This document shows, in pieces, positions 21,814 to 35,000 of a stretch of DNA of 64,000 nt. The stretch's first letter is position 1; every line of letters begins with the position of its first letter. The translations under genes were made by a program, and so were the position numbers. Source of the stretch: Lepidodermella squamata (Eukaryota > Animalia > Gastrotricha); assembly GCA_047495785.1 (NCBI GenBank), contig JBLDXI010000032.1, positions 3,968,001 through 4,032,000 on the forward strand, read 5' to 3'. The notes beneath the pieces were generated by a model that saw nothing but the letters and a program-made list of their open reading frames with translations, was not told the DNA's origin and did no database searches.

Positions 21814-22220
21814 TCAATGTTCTCCGGCCAATATTTTGCGGGCGATGAGTTTTGCCCAGATGTAGAAGCTAACGTTGTTGTCGCAGATAGCCCTAGATCC
21901 CAGCTGAGCGATACACCGTTCCATGCGCTGCCGCTGAACCTGCGCGTAAATCATGCGACTGAGGGCTCGCAGTATGGCTATTTCGTCCTTTGCAATCATC
22001 AGGTCGATGTAGGTTTCTAAACATTCAGTTTTTGAGTAAAGTGATAAGATTATTGCGCGACAAACTTACTCAAACCATCGACGAGCGTATTTCGGTGTTT
22101 CAGCGTTTCATGTCGATGAGTGACGCGATTCCTCCCTTCACCTGAAACATCTTGCTTGAAAAAAGATCCAAGGAACGAAGTTAAAATCAAGAATTGACAA
22201 AGCAAAGTTGAGTAGCGCAT
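21814..22220 (-). CDS. Secreted CX9C peptide family, member 3 (exons 22220-22070, 22016-21814)
   Basis: Signal peptide MRYSTLLCQFLILTSFLGSFF; GTAAGT..TTTAG phase-1 intron in an A|AA codon; CIAQLGSRAICDNNVSFY. Confidence 0.8.
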
Positions 22221-22620
22221 TTCCACAGATTTTCCCGATATCGCACCGAACGCATTAAGATAGAATCGCTTTCAACTTTCATTTGTAGACAACAACACGG
22301 GCAGTGTTTGACTTGTTTGTCACTGAAAACGCAAAAACCAGTGCAACCTATTAACACCTGTAGACGTGAAACACAAACAGGATTTTCGAAATTTCTCGTT
22401 CACTTGTCAGTTTTATGAATTATGTTAATGTTAATTAAATTAAAAGGGGAGACGATGTGCTCTCGAAAGAGGATGCGACTAATTAACCCTCTCCTAATTA
22501 GCGCCGACCTGCTCATCGTGCACTAAAAGTATGTGCTTTCGCCCGATATTTCAATTAACTAAAGTATTTCAAGGCTGAATTTGAAAAAATTCTAGAAAAT
22601 CACAGAGGCGAAAAAGCTAT

Positions 22621-22704
22621 TACCAGAGGTGGGGTTCGAACCCACGCGGGATTACTCCCATCAGATCTTAAGTCTGACCTCTTAAACCACTCGAGCACTC
22701 TGGT
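22621..22704 (-). tRNA. trnL-TAA: tRNA-Leu(TAA), copy 5
   Basis: Identical cloverleaf; both flanks homologous to those of copy 2. Confidence 0.97.
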
Positions 22705-22789
22705 TGGGTGATGAAATAAATCTGAAACTGCTACCATTTATTTAGATACCTCAATAAAATTACTACCACCTCTGACTTTGTTTTGGTGT

Positions 22790-22911
22790 TTTTCAATTGT
22801 GTTGTTAAAAATCCGAATTGTTCAATGTTGTTATTGGAGGCGCTCACTTCGCTGAAAATTGCGAAAATAATGAAGATAGAGATCGCAAAACAAGCGTATA
22901 TCCCTCATCAT
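22790..22911 (-). pseudogene. Pseudogene of CX9C peptide 2 (signal exon only)
   Basis: YACFAISIFIIFAIFSEVSA frame is out of register with the ATG; intron and exon 2 are deleted. Confidence 0.7.
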
Positions 22912-23156
22912 ATCTCTTTCATACGTGGAATAATTTATCTCGGAGGAATAATTTACGTGGAAGTTGAGGAAAGGTGGCTTTAGTAGGAAATCGGTTTTGA
23001 TCTACTTGCTTGACTGAATTTACCCTGTAGCGAAAGTTTATGTGCTTTGCGTGAAGTGTTTCATTACAATCTCACGAACAGATTCATATCGCCATGAAAT
23101 CTCAAGTACTTCTGATTATTCGTCCTGCATATAAGCTATTACGTCATATTTATTGT

Positions 23157-23543
23157 TCAAAATTCTTCAGGGGTCAATTTCTCAAGTTTAAAACGATAGC
23201 GCAGACAAACGTTGAGTTCCTGCTGAATATCAACCGGTTTGTCGCATTCTTTCGCTATCATGGCGTACTGATAAATCATGCGGAAAGATTCGTGAATCAG
23301 CTTCCGGGCTGCTTCAGTCTTCTCAGCTGCAGTTTCGCCGCGGAACACGCCGGATTCAAGATCGAAATATGGCCTGAAAAACAGTTCCAACTGAGTGTCG
23401 TAATCAGAGCCGCTCTGTATTTCCGATCGAATGAAACCTCCCATTTCCGGATGGTAACCTTCGCGAGTGAATGAGTCGACGGTAGCCTTGGCGATTGCTA
23501 GATTGGTGTGTAAATAGAGCTGGAGCGAATCCTCCAGAATTCG
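23157..23543 (-). pseudogene. 5'-truncated copy of the 293-aa orphan gene
   Basis: 85 of 95 aa identical over the C-terminal ORF; homology stops abruptly at ~23543. Confidence 0.8.
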
Positions 23544-24209
23544 TGAACCAAATTACGCCAAATTAACGAGGAATCCTCATGAAATTGTCTACACGAGGAT
23601 AAATAACCTTGGCATACCCAACAATGTGGCCATCACCGGTTGGTAACTTCTAACACTTGTTCGATTGTACAGCAGATATAAAATGAATCCTTAACTGATC
23701 TAGGACATCATCGTAATAATACAGTTACCCCATGGCAAAACTTCAGACCGATTCAGCAAAAAAATCTCTGAAAAAGCTCCGTGATGAACACAGACAAACA
23801 TATTTTAGACATGAATATTTATTATACATAAAAGTATCGAGCTTGCCAAGGCTTGGACACCTCGGTAATCGTCATATTTGGGTTATCCATTACTCGATAA
23901 ACTCATAACATTATACTAATAATTTGCTTGCTCTGCTCATATACTTACGCTATTTTGAGACACGGCATGATGAAAAAATTGAGACCCGCCTTGATATAAC
24001 ATTATAATAATTTTCAGCTAAAAACAATGAGGGTGGTTAAACTGTTATAGAATAATAATTATGAATTCAGGGAAGTTGCCGTGCTGGTAAAATTTGTAAA
24101 CGACGCTTAGCAGTTGTTTCCCGTTTGATGCGTTCTAATTATAATAAACAACAATAACACAGGCCTGTTCACTGTACACCGTCTCACCTGCAACTGTTAG
24201 TTACAAACC

Positions 24210-27200
24210 ATGGAAACGTCTCTTGATTTTCGCGAGCGGCAAATTGACGTCTCGATTCACAATAGTGGCCACGTAATTGGCCAGTCGCCTCCAGAAATCG
24301 AAACAGCCAAGACTGGTCCATCGACTGTTCAAGCAGAAAAGAAGCGATCTTCGATTTCGAAGCTAAAAGCCAGCGCAAACCAGGCGCGCAAATCCTCGGT
24401 CAATATCGGCAGGAATCTTCTAAATAATATTTTCGAGTCGCTACCAAATGCAGTCAAAACTCGCATCAAACCAACCAAGAAGGATCAAGGTATCGAAGAC
24501 GTGGATGTTACGAAAAAATCGGCTAATTCTGGAGATGAAAATCAAGAGAGAGGAAACTGGTCAAATCAGGCTGAATTTATCATCAGTTGCATAGGAGTAA
24601 AAAATTGTTTTCCTATTTAATGACCCAATTAACCAGTCTCTCCAAAGTTTGCTGTAGGTTTGGGCAACGTGTGGCGGTTTCCTTACGTTTGCTATCGAAA
24701 TGGAGGCGGCGCTTTCCTGGTAATATATTGGATTTTATCGGCACTAGTCGGCTTCCCTATCATCGTGATTGAACAAAGTATCGGGCAATACACGAGCCAA
24801 GGCCCGCTTCACTGTTGGCAATTTGCCCCAATAATAACCGGCGTTGGTCTTTCAATGGTAGCCGTAAGCTTCATCACAGCTATTTACTACGACATTGTTA
24901 TTGTTTGGGCTGTTTATTACCTGTAAAATTATTTCAATTTAAAATTCTGAAAACTCGTGAATATTCGAATTATTCAGATTTGCCTCATTTACGACGAATT
25001 TACCATGGGAAACTTGCGATTTTGAAAAATGGGCTGACTATCGGTGTGAAATGCAGCGGGTTGATTGCCAGCCGGGCGCCGAGCATGTTCAAGGAGGCGA
25101 TGGGTTGTGCTACAACGCCTCGGAAATCGGATTCAACGACCCGAACCGTATCACCGATTCGTCGCTATTTGCAGCTCATGGCCCGTTTATGCTACCCATC
25201 GAGTTCCTATCAGCAATCGAACGCAACTCTTCGACTGTTGTCGGGGTTTGGAACGAGACATTAGCCGAGCAGTGGGGCATCAAATCCGTATTGGCGTCAG
25301 CTCAATATTACCAGTGAGAATTTATCTGAATCCGAATTTCTTTCTAATTTAAATATTCAAGTAATTTCGTGCTGGGAAACGGCGATCCTAGCGTTAGCTG
25401 GACGAATTTCGGCCAACCTCGATGGCCCCTAGTTCTCTGCCTGTGCTTAGTTTGGATCGTTATCTTCTTTAGCCTCCTTAACGGCATCAAAACTAGTGGC
25501 AAAGTTTGGAATTTTCGCCAATTTTCTGGATATTAAACATTTGATTTTTCAGATTGTATATGTTACAGCGTTGGCACCATACGCAGTGTAAGTCCATTTT
25601 AAAGCCTAAAAACTGAATATTTTTCTCAAATTAAAAACAGTTTGCTAACCCTTATCGTTCGAGGAGCAACGCTACCTGGGGCTAATGAGGGTATAATGTA
25701 CTTTTTGACGCCTGATTTCGACCAAATCGGGAAGCCTGAAGTTTGGTACGCAGCTGCCGGCCAACTCTTCTACTCGCTATCAGCCTGCTGGGGCGGAATG
25801 GTTACCTTAGCGTCTTACAACCGATTTCAAAAGTAAGCGCAATTAATCGAAATAAAAATCTTCACTACGCGTTTGATGTCGTCATAGCAACATCATCCGA
25901 GATGCCTTGATCGTCGTTTTCGCGGATACTTTTACCTCCTTCATAGCTTCATTCGCAATATTCAGCGTCATCGGTTACGGTGCCTTCATACTGCAAAAAC
26001 CAGTCGATAAAGTAGTTGAAGCCGGGGCTGGTTTAGCCTTTATCGTTTATCCAAAAGTTCTATCTTCGTTACCTGGAGCCGTAGGATTCTCAATTATTTT
26101 CTTTCTCATGCTCATTTTTATAGGCCTTAGTTCTCAGGTAAGGAAATAGTGAGCTAATTAATGGAGCTAATTCTTCTTTCTTCTTTACATTTGTCTATAG
26201 TTTAACTTTGTGCAAACTTGCTACACTGCAATATTGGATGTTTTTCCGAATTTGCGGCGGAATATTCGAACGAAATACGCAACTTTATTCGTTGTTTGCG
26301 TTGTATGTTTCCTACTCGGCCTACCATTTGTTTGCCCGGGCGGGTCTGCACTTCTCCAGCTTTTCGACGCGTATTGCGCAACCTGGGCGATTCTACTGAT
26401 GGGCGTTCTTGAAACAACGTCAATTTGCTGGATTTACGGCTTTCAACGCTTCACGAAGGACCTAAAGCTCATGATGAAATGGCTGCCGTTGTTGCCTGCT
26501 CGAATTCTGGCTGTCGCTCTGTGGGGCTTCATCACGCCGGGAGTTTTGAGCGTAATTTCGGGTTAAATTCAGTAAAAAATTGAATTTTTGTTCAAATTAT
26601 TTCAGTTCATCATGTTTTTTATCTGGATAAAATACGAGCCGAGAAGCGTTAGTACAGAGGAGGGAGTCGGATGGTTTCTGACTTGGTTCGTGGCGATTTG
26701 GATGCCCCTCTACGCTGTATGGATAATAGCCACTGGGAAAGGCAGCCTGAAAAATCGAATCATAGCCGCGTTCAAGCCAACCGTGAAATGGGGCCCGTAC
26801 CTCGATAGATTTCGATCGCAAGCGAAACACCTCGATAACATCAGGCGGATTAAAACTGCCCCGGGGTCTCTGAGTCAACTTCCAACTATTTCGGCCACCT
26901 CTGACCATCCGAAACGTAAGAAAGCCCCTGCTGTTAGCACAGATCCAAAAGTCGCCTACCGAGTTATCCACCGTAAACAACGCGACGAAATACCGAATTC
27001 AGGCAGCTCGACAAGTTCTGCCTGCCACTCGTATGAAACTGTTGATTTGGAAGAGTGGCAAGAACGCCTCGGTCGAACATTGGAGCGAAAACGTAACATG
27101 GAACAACCTTCAGGTAGTAGCAACGACGTGGACCTGAACAGTGGCCGGTCGAGTGCTTCGGCATTTTGGTCGACTTCAGTCACTAGCCATACGATAATGA

Positions 27201-27229
27201 TAGAAGGCGAACGTGTTCAGTACATTTAG
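24210..27229 (+). CDS. SLC6 Na+/Cl- amino-acid transporter (glycine/proline/nutrient amino acid type), paralog 1, 9 exons
   Basis: [13 protein letters not shown]|[23 protein letters not shown] (Gly rather than Asp in TM1), [18 protein letters not shown]. Confidence 0.93.
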
Positions 27230-27363
27230 AGAAAATCCTATATCATAACACCTACTTGTATTACGTAATTATAAAACATGCTTGTTGCGCAATAAACTAT
27301 AATCACCCGCGTTCAAAGGAGATTTTTCAAGTCAGAAGTTATTTTTGTGTTCTCAATAAAACA

Positions 27364-29570
27364 ATGTTGACTTGTCGACAGCTTCCTGAGTGGGCGATTT
27401 TCGATAAAATTCCTCGCCCTTTAGTTAGACAGGTGACTGCTTTTCACGTGTTTGGCAACAGCAACGAGCTGATTTTTTGCACGGCTGATGAGCGCGTTTA
27501 TCGAATCGATACTGAGTCGAACGAATGCGTTGAGCTGCTGCCCCTCCGCGGCAAGCAGATCCAGCAGTTGGTAACTAGCGAAAGAGGCGCGATTTTGGTA
27601 CTGACTCAAGACCATCTGTACTCTTTCGGCAACAACCAGTACGGTCAAGTTGGCAACAGCGAGACGGGCGGTGAATTGAAAGAGCCTTATCTCTTATCAT
27701 CGCTCCCTGTATTCGCTCAGGTATGAAAAAATAGGGACCTACAATAAGGGAATTAATTATTTAAATTTTTTCAGGATCGATTGATTCATGTATCGATAGG
27801 GTGTTATCATTGCGCTGCAGTCTCTGAATCTGGCCAGCTGTTTACCTGGGGAGCATGGAGAGCTGGTGGGCTGCTTCGGAAACTAGGTCATAACGAAAAT
27901 AGCCTCACTCCGAACCGAGTCGACCAAGCCAACCACGTGCCGAAGATTAATACGGGGCATCAATTTGTCAGCGTTGCTTGCAATTCAGACACGACTTACG
28001 CCATGGACATTGAAGGCAATGTTTATTCATGCGGCGACAACTCTTTTCTCGATTTCAACGTAAATTTTCTTTAATTTCAAGATTTTTTCAGAATTATCAC
28101 AGAGCGGTTCTAATTTGGGATATATCTCTCGGGTTAAATGGGTTGCGTTTATAAAATTTGAGAAATTACCAAGCTCAAGGAGGGATCCAAATCGGTGGGG
28201 TAAATTGAGTTGTTTGACATTCAAAAATTGTTATTAAAAATGGCTATTTTGGCTAGTCCTTTGATGAGTTTCTGCTGCCGTGTTTAACTTACTGGAAAAG
28301 CAGTATTAAGGTCAGTTCTATCAAGAAAAATCATTAATATTCGGTAAGCTCAAGTGGCAAATCGAAATTTGTTTATCGGCAATTCTTGAATATATTTCCA
28401 TGATCGAAGCTCACAATTTTTGTCCAGAATTTGCACTGACTCATATAATTATACTCCAAAGCATTTACAGGGCGAGAAAATTGTGCAAATGTCGTGTGGG
28501 TCGGGTTATAATATGGCGCTTTCCAGCTACGGCTCCGTATTCGCGTGGGGTAAGAATGACGAGAAGCAACTCGGCCTTCAAATCGAAGATCACTGGATCC
28601 GAGAACCGCGTCGCCTCGCTGCCTTCGACAACCCGTACATGCGCATTGTGTCGATTCTCGCCTTCAACGCAACATCTCTCGCTCTATCCCACAATGGCGT
28701 TCCTTTTGTCTGGGGCGAAACACGCCTGTCAGGTAAAGTTCAAATGTACCACGCCCAGGCTGAACGTGGCCTTGAAGAGCAATACAAAAAGGCTAACAAT
28801 TACTACTACTGGATGTTGCCAAGAACCTGTGTTAGCTCAGTTCCAACCCCGGCTTCAGCTGCATCGCACGGTTCACTTTTCGCTGCCCTCCAGGAAGAAA
28901 TGATCGGACCTACTATTACTCCTCATTTGATCAAAGTAAACATTTGAAAAATTATGAATTATTTAAAATCAATTAATAATTTCAGATAATCAACGAAGAA
29001 TCTGTTGCTCTGAACGGTTTTGATTCCATGTTCGAAGACCCGAGCACTGCCGATTTTAAGATTCAAGTCGAAAATCAAGTGATTCCAGCTCACCGTTCGG
29101 TTCTTCTCAATAGATCCGGCCACTTCCGGACAATGCTCTCGCCAATTTTCCCGAGCCAGTGGCGCGAGGGTCACGACAATTTTCTCGAAATCAAAGACGT
29201 GCCTTATGCAGTTTACCGAGCTTTCATCCTGTTTCTATACAAAGGCTCGCTGCCAGATGGCCTAACTATCGACGAAGCATTCGCGCTTACCGATATTGCC
29301 GATTTGTATTTCCACGAAGATTTGAAGCTGAAAGTTTTCGACTACGCCTTGTCACGGTGGTTGACAAAGGAAGATGCGTTTGAGCTATGCGGCGTGGCAC
29401 TGAAGAAGAAGGCTGACATGGTTGTAAGTCGGTGCACCTCGTACATCTTAAACAACTTGAGTGCAGTAACGAAGCTGGCTTCATTCGATAAACTGCTCGA
29501 TTTCATTGATCCCAAGGACATTCTTGCTATTTACAAACAAGCTAATCAGGCTCAACTTTTCAAAACCTAA
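27364..29570 (+). CDS. RCC1 and BTB domain protein (RCBTB-like), paralog 2
   Basis: LYSFGNNQYGQVG, GSVFAWGKNDEKQLG, ADFKIQVENQVIPAHRSVL..YRAFILFLY. Confidence 0.88.
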
Positions 29571-29623
29571 TTATTTCTGTCCAATTTTTGTAATAAACAT
29601 ATTATTTTACTGTAAAATGCTCG

Positions 29624-32331
29624 TTAATTTTGCATATTTTCAATAACAATCGAAACTTCTGGCTTATGGGTTTCGTTCTTTTGGTCATTATTGCAGCATT
29701 CGTCGTGTTCAAAGGTTCGATTGATCTGACTCGTACATTCCCCAAGTTCCATGACTGATTTTGAAGTCGGTATAGCTTCACCTTTGCGGTGCTTCTCAAC
29801 CGAAAAATCAACTGGCGCCGTCTGAATTTTGACCAACTGGAGGTGCTTCGCTTTAGATCGAAAGCTTTCGAGGTAGGGTCCGAAACTGGGCGATGGTGTG
29901 AATGCATGCTTGATTCTCTAAATAAAACGAAATTAGATTTGAATCTTTTGAAACTTTTGTAATTACCTCAATCGGGGATCCTTTGGCTTTGTAAATGACC
30001 CAAATTGCTGCTAACGGAATCCAAATAGCAATAATCAGGGTTATGCACCAGCCAAGTGCCTCTTCAAGCGGACTTTCACGAGGTTGATAATTAGCCCACG
30101 AGAAAACCATGATGAAAGTCATGATTCCAGGCGTGAGAATGCCCCAGAAAGTTACCATGAAAATGTGAACCAGTCGCGTTGGTAACCATGGCATCATTAG
30201 CTTCAGGTCAAAGGTGAAGTTCTTGTAGCCGTAGATCCAGCAGATTGATGTTACTTCGATAATTCCAACTAGGAAAACCGACCAAGAAACTGTATAAGCA
30301 TCAAAAACCTCCAACAATCTGGACCCGGCCTTGAAAAGAAGATTTCAGCCTAATTTAGCGGAATAAATTAAATTTACAGGGCACATGTAGGAAATTCCGA
30401 TTAGAAAGACCGTAATGCAAATACAAGCGAATGCTGCTGTTTTTCGCGCAAAATCTCGTCGCAAAATGGGAAATAAATCCATCATGGCGGTAAGAACAGT
30501 TTGAGCTTGGTTGATAAGAGTGCTGAAACCTATGCAGATGAGCATTAGGAAGAACAGGATCGAGAAGAAAACAGCGCCGGGTAGTTGGGCCAGAACTTTC
30601 GGGTAGACGATAAAAGCGAGACCAGTTCCGGCCTCGGCTACTTTCTCAACCGGTCGGTTCAAAACCTGGGCGCCAAAGCCGATAACTGAGAACACCGCGA
30701 ATGATGCGATGAATGATGTGAAGGAATCTGCGAATACGACGATGAAAGCATCTCGCAGAATGTTGCTGATAAAACATCAAACATGAAACGTTAAACTATT
30801 TTTGATCGAAAATGCCTCACTTTTGGAATTTGTTGTAAGAGGACAGGGTGATCATTCCACCTTGCCCAGCTGATAATGAGAAGAATAACTGGCCTATATG
30901 TAAAAAAATGCGGAAATGGTCCAAAAAGTTGCCAAATCCAACCTGAAGCGGCATACCATACCGAAGGAACTTTCATTTTCTCGAAATCGGGAGTTAAAAA
31001 GTAAAGAATTCCGTCCTTTGCTCCAGGTAAGGTTGCGCCGCGAATTATCAAAATTAGCAAACTGAAAATTTCAAAATTTTAAACCGGAAAAATTGTGAGG
31101 AAATAATTTTACACAACATAAGGCAGCAGAGTCGTGAAGTAGACGATTTTTCCGCTCGACTTGACTCCATTGAACAGGCTCAGGAACACTATTATCCAGA
31201 CTAAAAGCAGGCAGAGAACCAGCGGCCACTTCGGAACTCCGAAGTTTTCCCAATCGAACCCGAGATCTCCATCACCGAGCACATAATTACTAACATATTT
31301 TCCATAAAGGAACTTTCTCCCCTCATTTAAAAGATTTACTGATAATATTGTGCAGAGGCCAAGACGCTTTCAACGTTCCACTCGGTCGTCAATGTTTCGT
31401 TCCAGTATCCTAGAACGGTCGAATGGTTACGGCTGATGGATTCCTCGTCGACTAGGGTCAAGTTTTCGTAGTCGAACATTTGGTAGAATTTTCGCTTCTC
31501 GACAAACGTGGCGTTGTAACACAAGCCATCAGGTCCTCGGATGAAGTCGCGAGTAACGTTGGTATTAAGGCAGTCAAGACGCTGCATTTGACAGCGGAAA
31601 TCGGCCCAATTTGAGTAGTCACATTCATGCCATGGCAATTCGCTGGTAAATGACGCGAAAAGATAGTAGAATCCCCAGGCGATGACAATGTCGTAGTACG
31701 TGCAGATTACGAAACTTCCAACCACCATCGATATACCCACCCCAGTCACTATTGGCGCAAATTTCCAACAATGGAGAGGTCCTTGACTTGTGTATTGGCC
31801 GATGCATTGCTCTGAAATAGGAAAAATTCTATAGCGATAAATCTACCCATTCAAGTGTTACCGAACAGGATTATCGGGAATCCAACGAAGAAGCTCAAGA
31901 TCCAGTAGATTACCAAGAATGCTCCTCCACCATTTCGATAGCAAAGGTAAGGAAAACGCCATATATTACCGAGACCAACTGCGAACTATTAACATTTGGT
32001 AACTAGTCAATTAATAATTAGCAATAGATTTTTTTACGCCGACGCAGCTTAGGACGAATTCGACTTGGTTAGACCAGTTTCCCCGCTCTTCGTTCTCGTC
32101 TCCAATATGCGGGCGATAGATTCCTTTCTGGTCAGATTCCTCTATGCCATCGACAGTCTTTCCCCAAAAATAGGTTAATAGTTGGAATAGACACTGACTA
32201 ATTGTAAATGCAACCTTGATTTTCACATCAGCCGCCGATTGTTTCGTCGTTAGCTTTTTAATAGACGCTGGCAATGAGCCAATAAATTTCTGAATGCTAT
32301 TCCTCCGTTTCGATTCATTCTGGTCAGCCAT
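29624..32331 (-). CDS. SLC6 amino-acid transporter, paralog 2
   Basis: [44 protein letters not shown]; spliced C-terminus ends ENMQN. Confidence 0.93.
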
Positions 32332-32667
32332 TTGTTAGCATTTGACAAGGTGCTGATGCAGTACGAATAAGTTACTTGAACTAATTGTTTTTTGGAAATG
32401 CCTTGAGAGTTTTCGTATTTTCTTGAAGTTAAGAACTTTACACCCCGCACCCAGATAGGCTTAACAAGTCGGGTCATCACATGATTTTACGCGCCGCTAT
32501 TGTTGACCACTGCGGATAAACAACACGGCAACAAGTACTGAAGCAACAAGTGCACTTGAATCTCTCATGTAGGAATATTAATTACAATGCTAAAGGGGTG
32601 ACCAAGAAGCATTGAATTTTCATAATTTAATTACACCCATGATAATATTCTCAGTTTTATTCACTGT

Positions 32668-35000
32668 TCAAATTTCCACGTCATTTGCACTTTTAACCCC
32701 AAAAAGTTCGTTATATGATTTGTTAGTGCTCGCGGTTTCCAGGCTTAAATTGGACACTGTCGCGATGGTTACCATGGTAGACTCAGGTTTCATCCTGAAA
32801 CTGTTTGAAAGCGAGGTCTCCCTCCGAAACTTTTCCAAATAAGGTCCAAAACTAGGCTTTGGCACAAATGCAAGCCGAATTTTCTAAAAAAAAGCAAATG
32901 ACGTAGATATATTTATTAGTTGAGATTTTTTACCTGTGAAATAGATCCCTCGTTTTTAACGATGACGTAAATAGCTGTGGCAGGAATGCAAATTGCAATC
33001 GATAGGCTAATACTCCACCCTAACAGCTCCTCGTAAATATTCTCCCTAGGTTTGTAATTCACCCAGAAGAACATCATGATGAACTGAAAATGAAAGATAC
33101 AAATAAATCCACCATAATTATTGTCAAAGGCTTACGCAGAGTATACCAGGGGTTATGATACCCCAGAATGAAACGATGAACACCCGGCTGAGTTTCTTCG
33201 GAAGCCAAGGCATCATGAGTGCTAAATTCTCGGAATATTTTCGAGAGCCGTAGATCCAGCAGGCCGATAAAATTTCGATGATTCCAATAAGCAAAATCGG
33301 CCAAGACAGAGTGGAAGTATCGAAAATTTCCAGCAATCTCGGCCCAGCTGGGCAGAGGAAAGGCAAGCCGAGTAGGAAACAAACACAGCAAATGCATGCG
33401 AAGGCGATAGCTTTTCGTCCTTTATTGACTCTAAGGCCGGGAAATAAGTCTAAGGTCACCGTAAGGACAGTTTGAGCTTGGTTGAAAAGCGAAGTAAGGC
33501 CAATGCAGACGAGCATTACGAAGAAAATGATGGAAAAGAAGACGGATCCGGGAAGTTGAGATAGAACTTTCGGGTAAACAATGAAAGCAAGTCCAGCACC
33601 GGCCTCTACCACCTTGTCAACAGGCCTGTCCAGGACTGTAGCTCCGAAGCCGATAACAGAAAAAACGGCAAATGACGCGATAAATGAGGTGAAAGAATCT
33701 GCGAAAACCACGATTGCCGCATCTCTTACGACATTACTAGAAATTTCAAATGAAAAAAGTTCGAAAATTATTGGAAAATCTCACTTGTTAAACTTGTTGT
33801 ATGAGGCCAAGGTTATCATTCCTCCCAGCCCTGCTGATATTGAGAAGAAAAGCTGACCTGCTGCTGTGTACCAAACGGAAGGCGACTTCATAAGCTCGAA
33901 ATTCGGCGTGATAAAATAGCGAATTCCATCAATAGCTCCAGGCAGGGTTGCTCCTCGAACAATGAGAATAATTAGGACAACGTAGGGCATCAACGCCGTG
34001 AAATAGATCGTCTTGCCGCTTGTTTTGATGCCATTGAAGAGATTGGCGAAAACGATGATCCAAACTAGAAGTAGGCACAAAACCAAAGGCCATCTCGGGG
34101 TGCCAAAGTTGGCCCAATTAAAGACAGTTTCGTCATCGCCAAGAACGAAATTGCTATAAATCAATTAATGAGAATTGCCAATTTTTTTAGGTTTAATCTT
34201 ACTGAAAATATTGAGCTGAAGCCAATACGCTTTCGACTTTCCACTCTGATGTCAGAGTTTCATTCCAGTAACCAACAACAGTCGAAACATTCCGATTTAT
34301 ATCGGTCGCGTTGTCGATGAAAGTAGCGTTGTAGCACAAGCCATCTTGACCGCGCAGCAAAGTTTCGGTTTCATTAAGGCAGCTGACTTTTTTCATCTCA
34401 CATCGGTAGTCGGCCCATGTCGAATAGTCGCAGTTCTGCCATGGCAGCTCGCTTGTAAATGAGGCAAATAGGTAGTAGAATGACCACGCGATGATAATGT
34501 CGTAGAAGATGGCAATTAGGAAGCTTATTGTTACCATGGCAACGCCAATACCAGTTACGATTGGGGCATAATTCCAACAATGGAGTACGCCCAAGCTTGC
34601 GAACTGGCCGATACTTTGTTCTGTATGATAAAATAATTTCAATTATTAAATAATTATTTTTCTTTGATTTTACCGAATAGAATCACAGGAAATCCAACAA
34701 GAGCACTAAGGATCCAGTAAATGATTAGGAAAGCCCCTCCTCCGTTCCTGTAGCACAGGTAAGGAAACCTCCAAATGTTCCCAAGTCCAACTGCAAACTA
34801 AACAAATAATTTAAATATTGTTAAGATTCGTTGTCCAGAATATATCCTACCCCAATGCAACTAAGAATGAACTCAGCTTGGTGAGCCCAATTCCCTCGAT
34901 TTTGGGTTTCCTCTGCCACGTCCTTTTCAGCCACCTTCGGATCGCATCTCTTGGTTGATGATGAAACCAAAGCTTTAAGTCGCTGCCATAGACGAGTCAT
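32668..35000 (-). CDS. SLC6 amino-acid transporter, paralog 3
   Basis: [26 protein letters not shown] and the same downstream motifs. Confidence 0.93.

Larger units (their letters stand above)
22611..23543 (-). repeat. Inverted segmental duplicate of ~11027-12292 with internal deletions
   Basis: Colinear reverse-complement matches: orphan gene 3' part, spacer, peptide-2 signal exon, tRNA and ATAGCTTTTT terminator. Confidence 0.9.
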
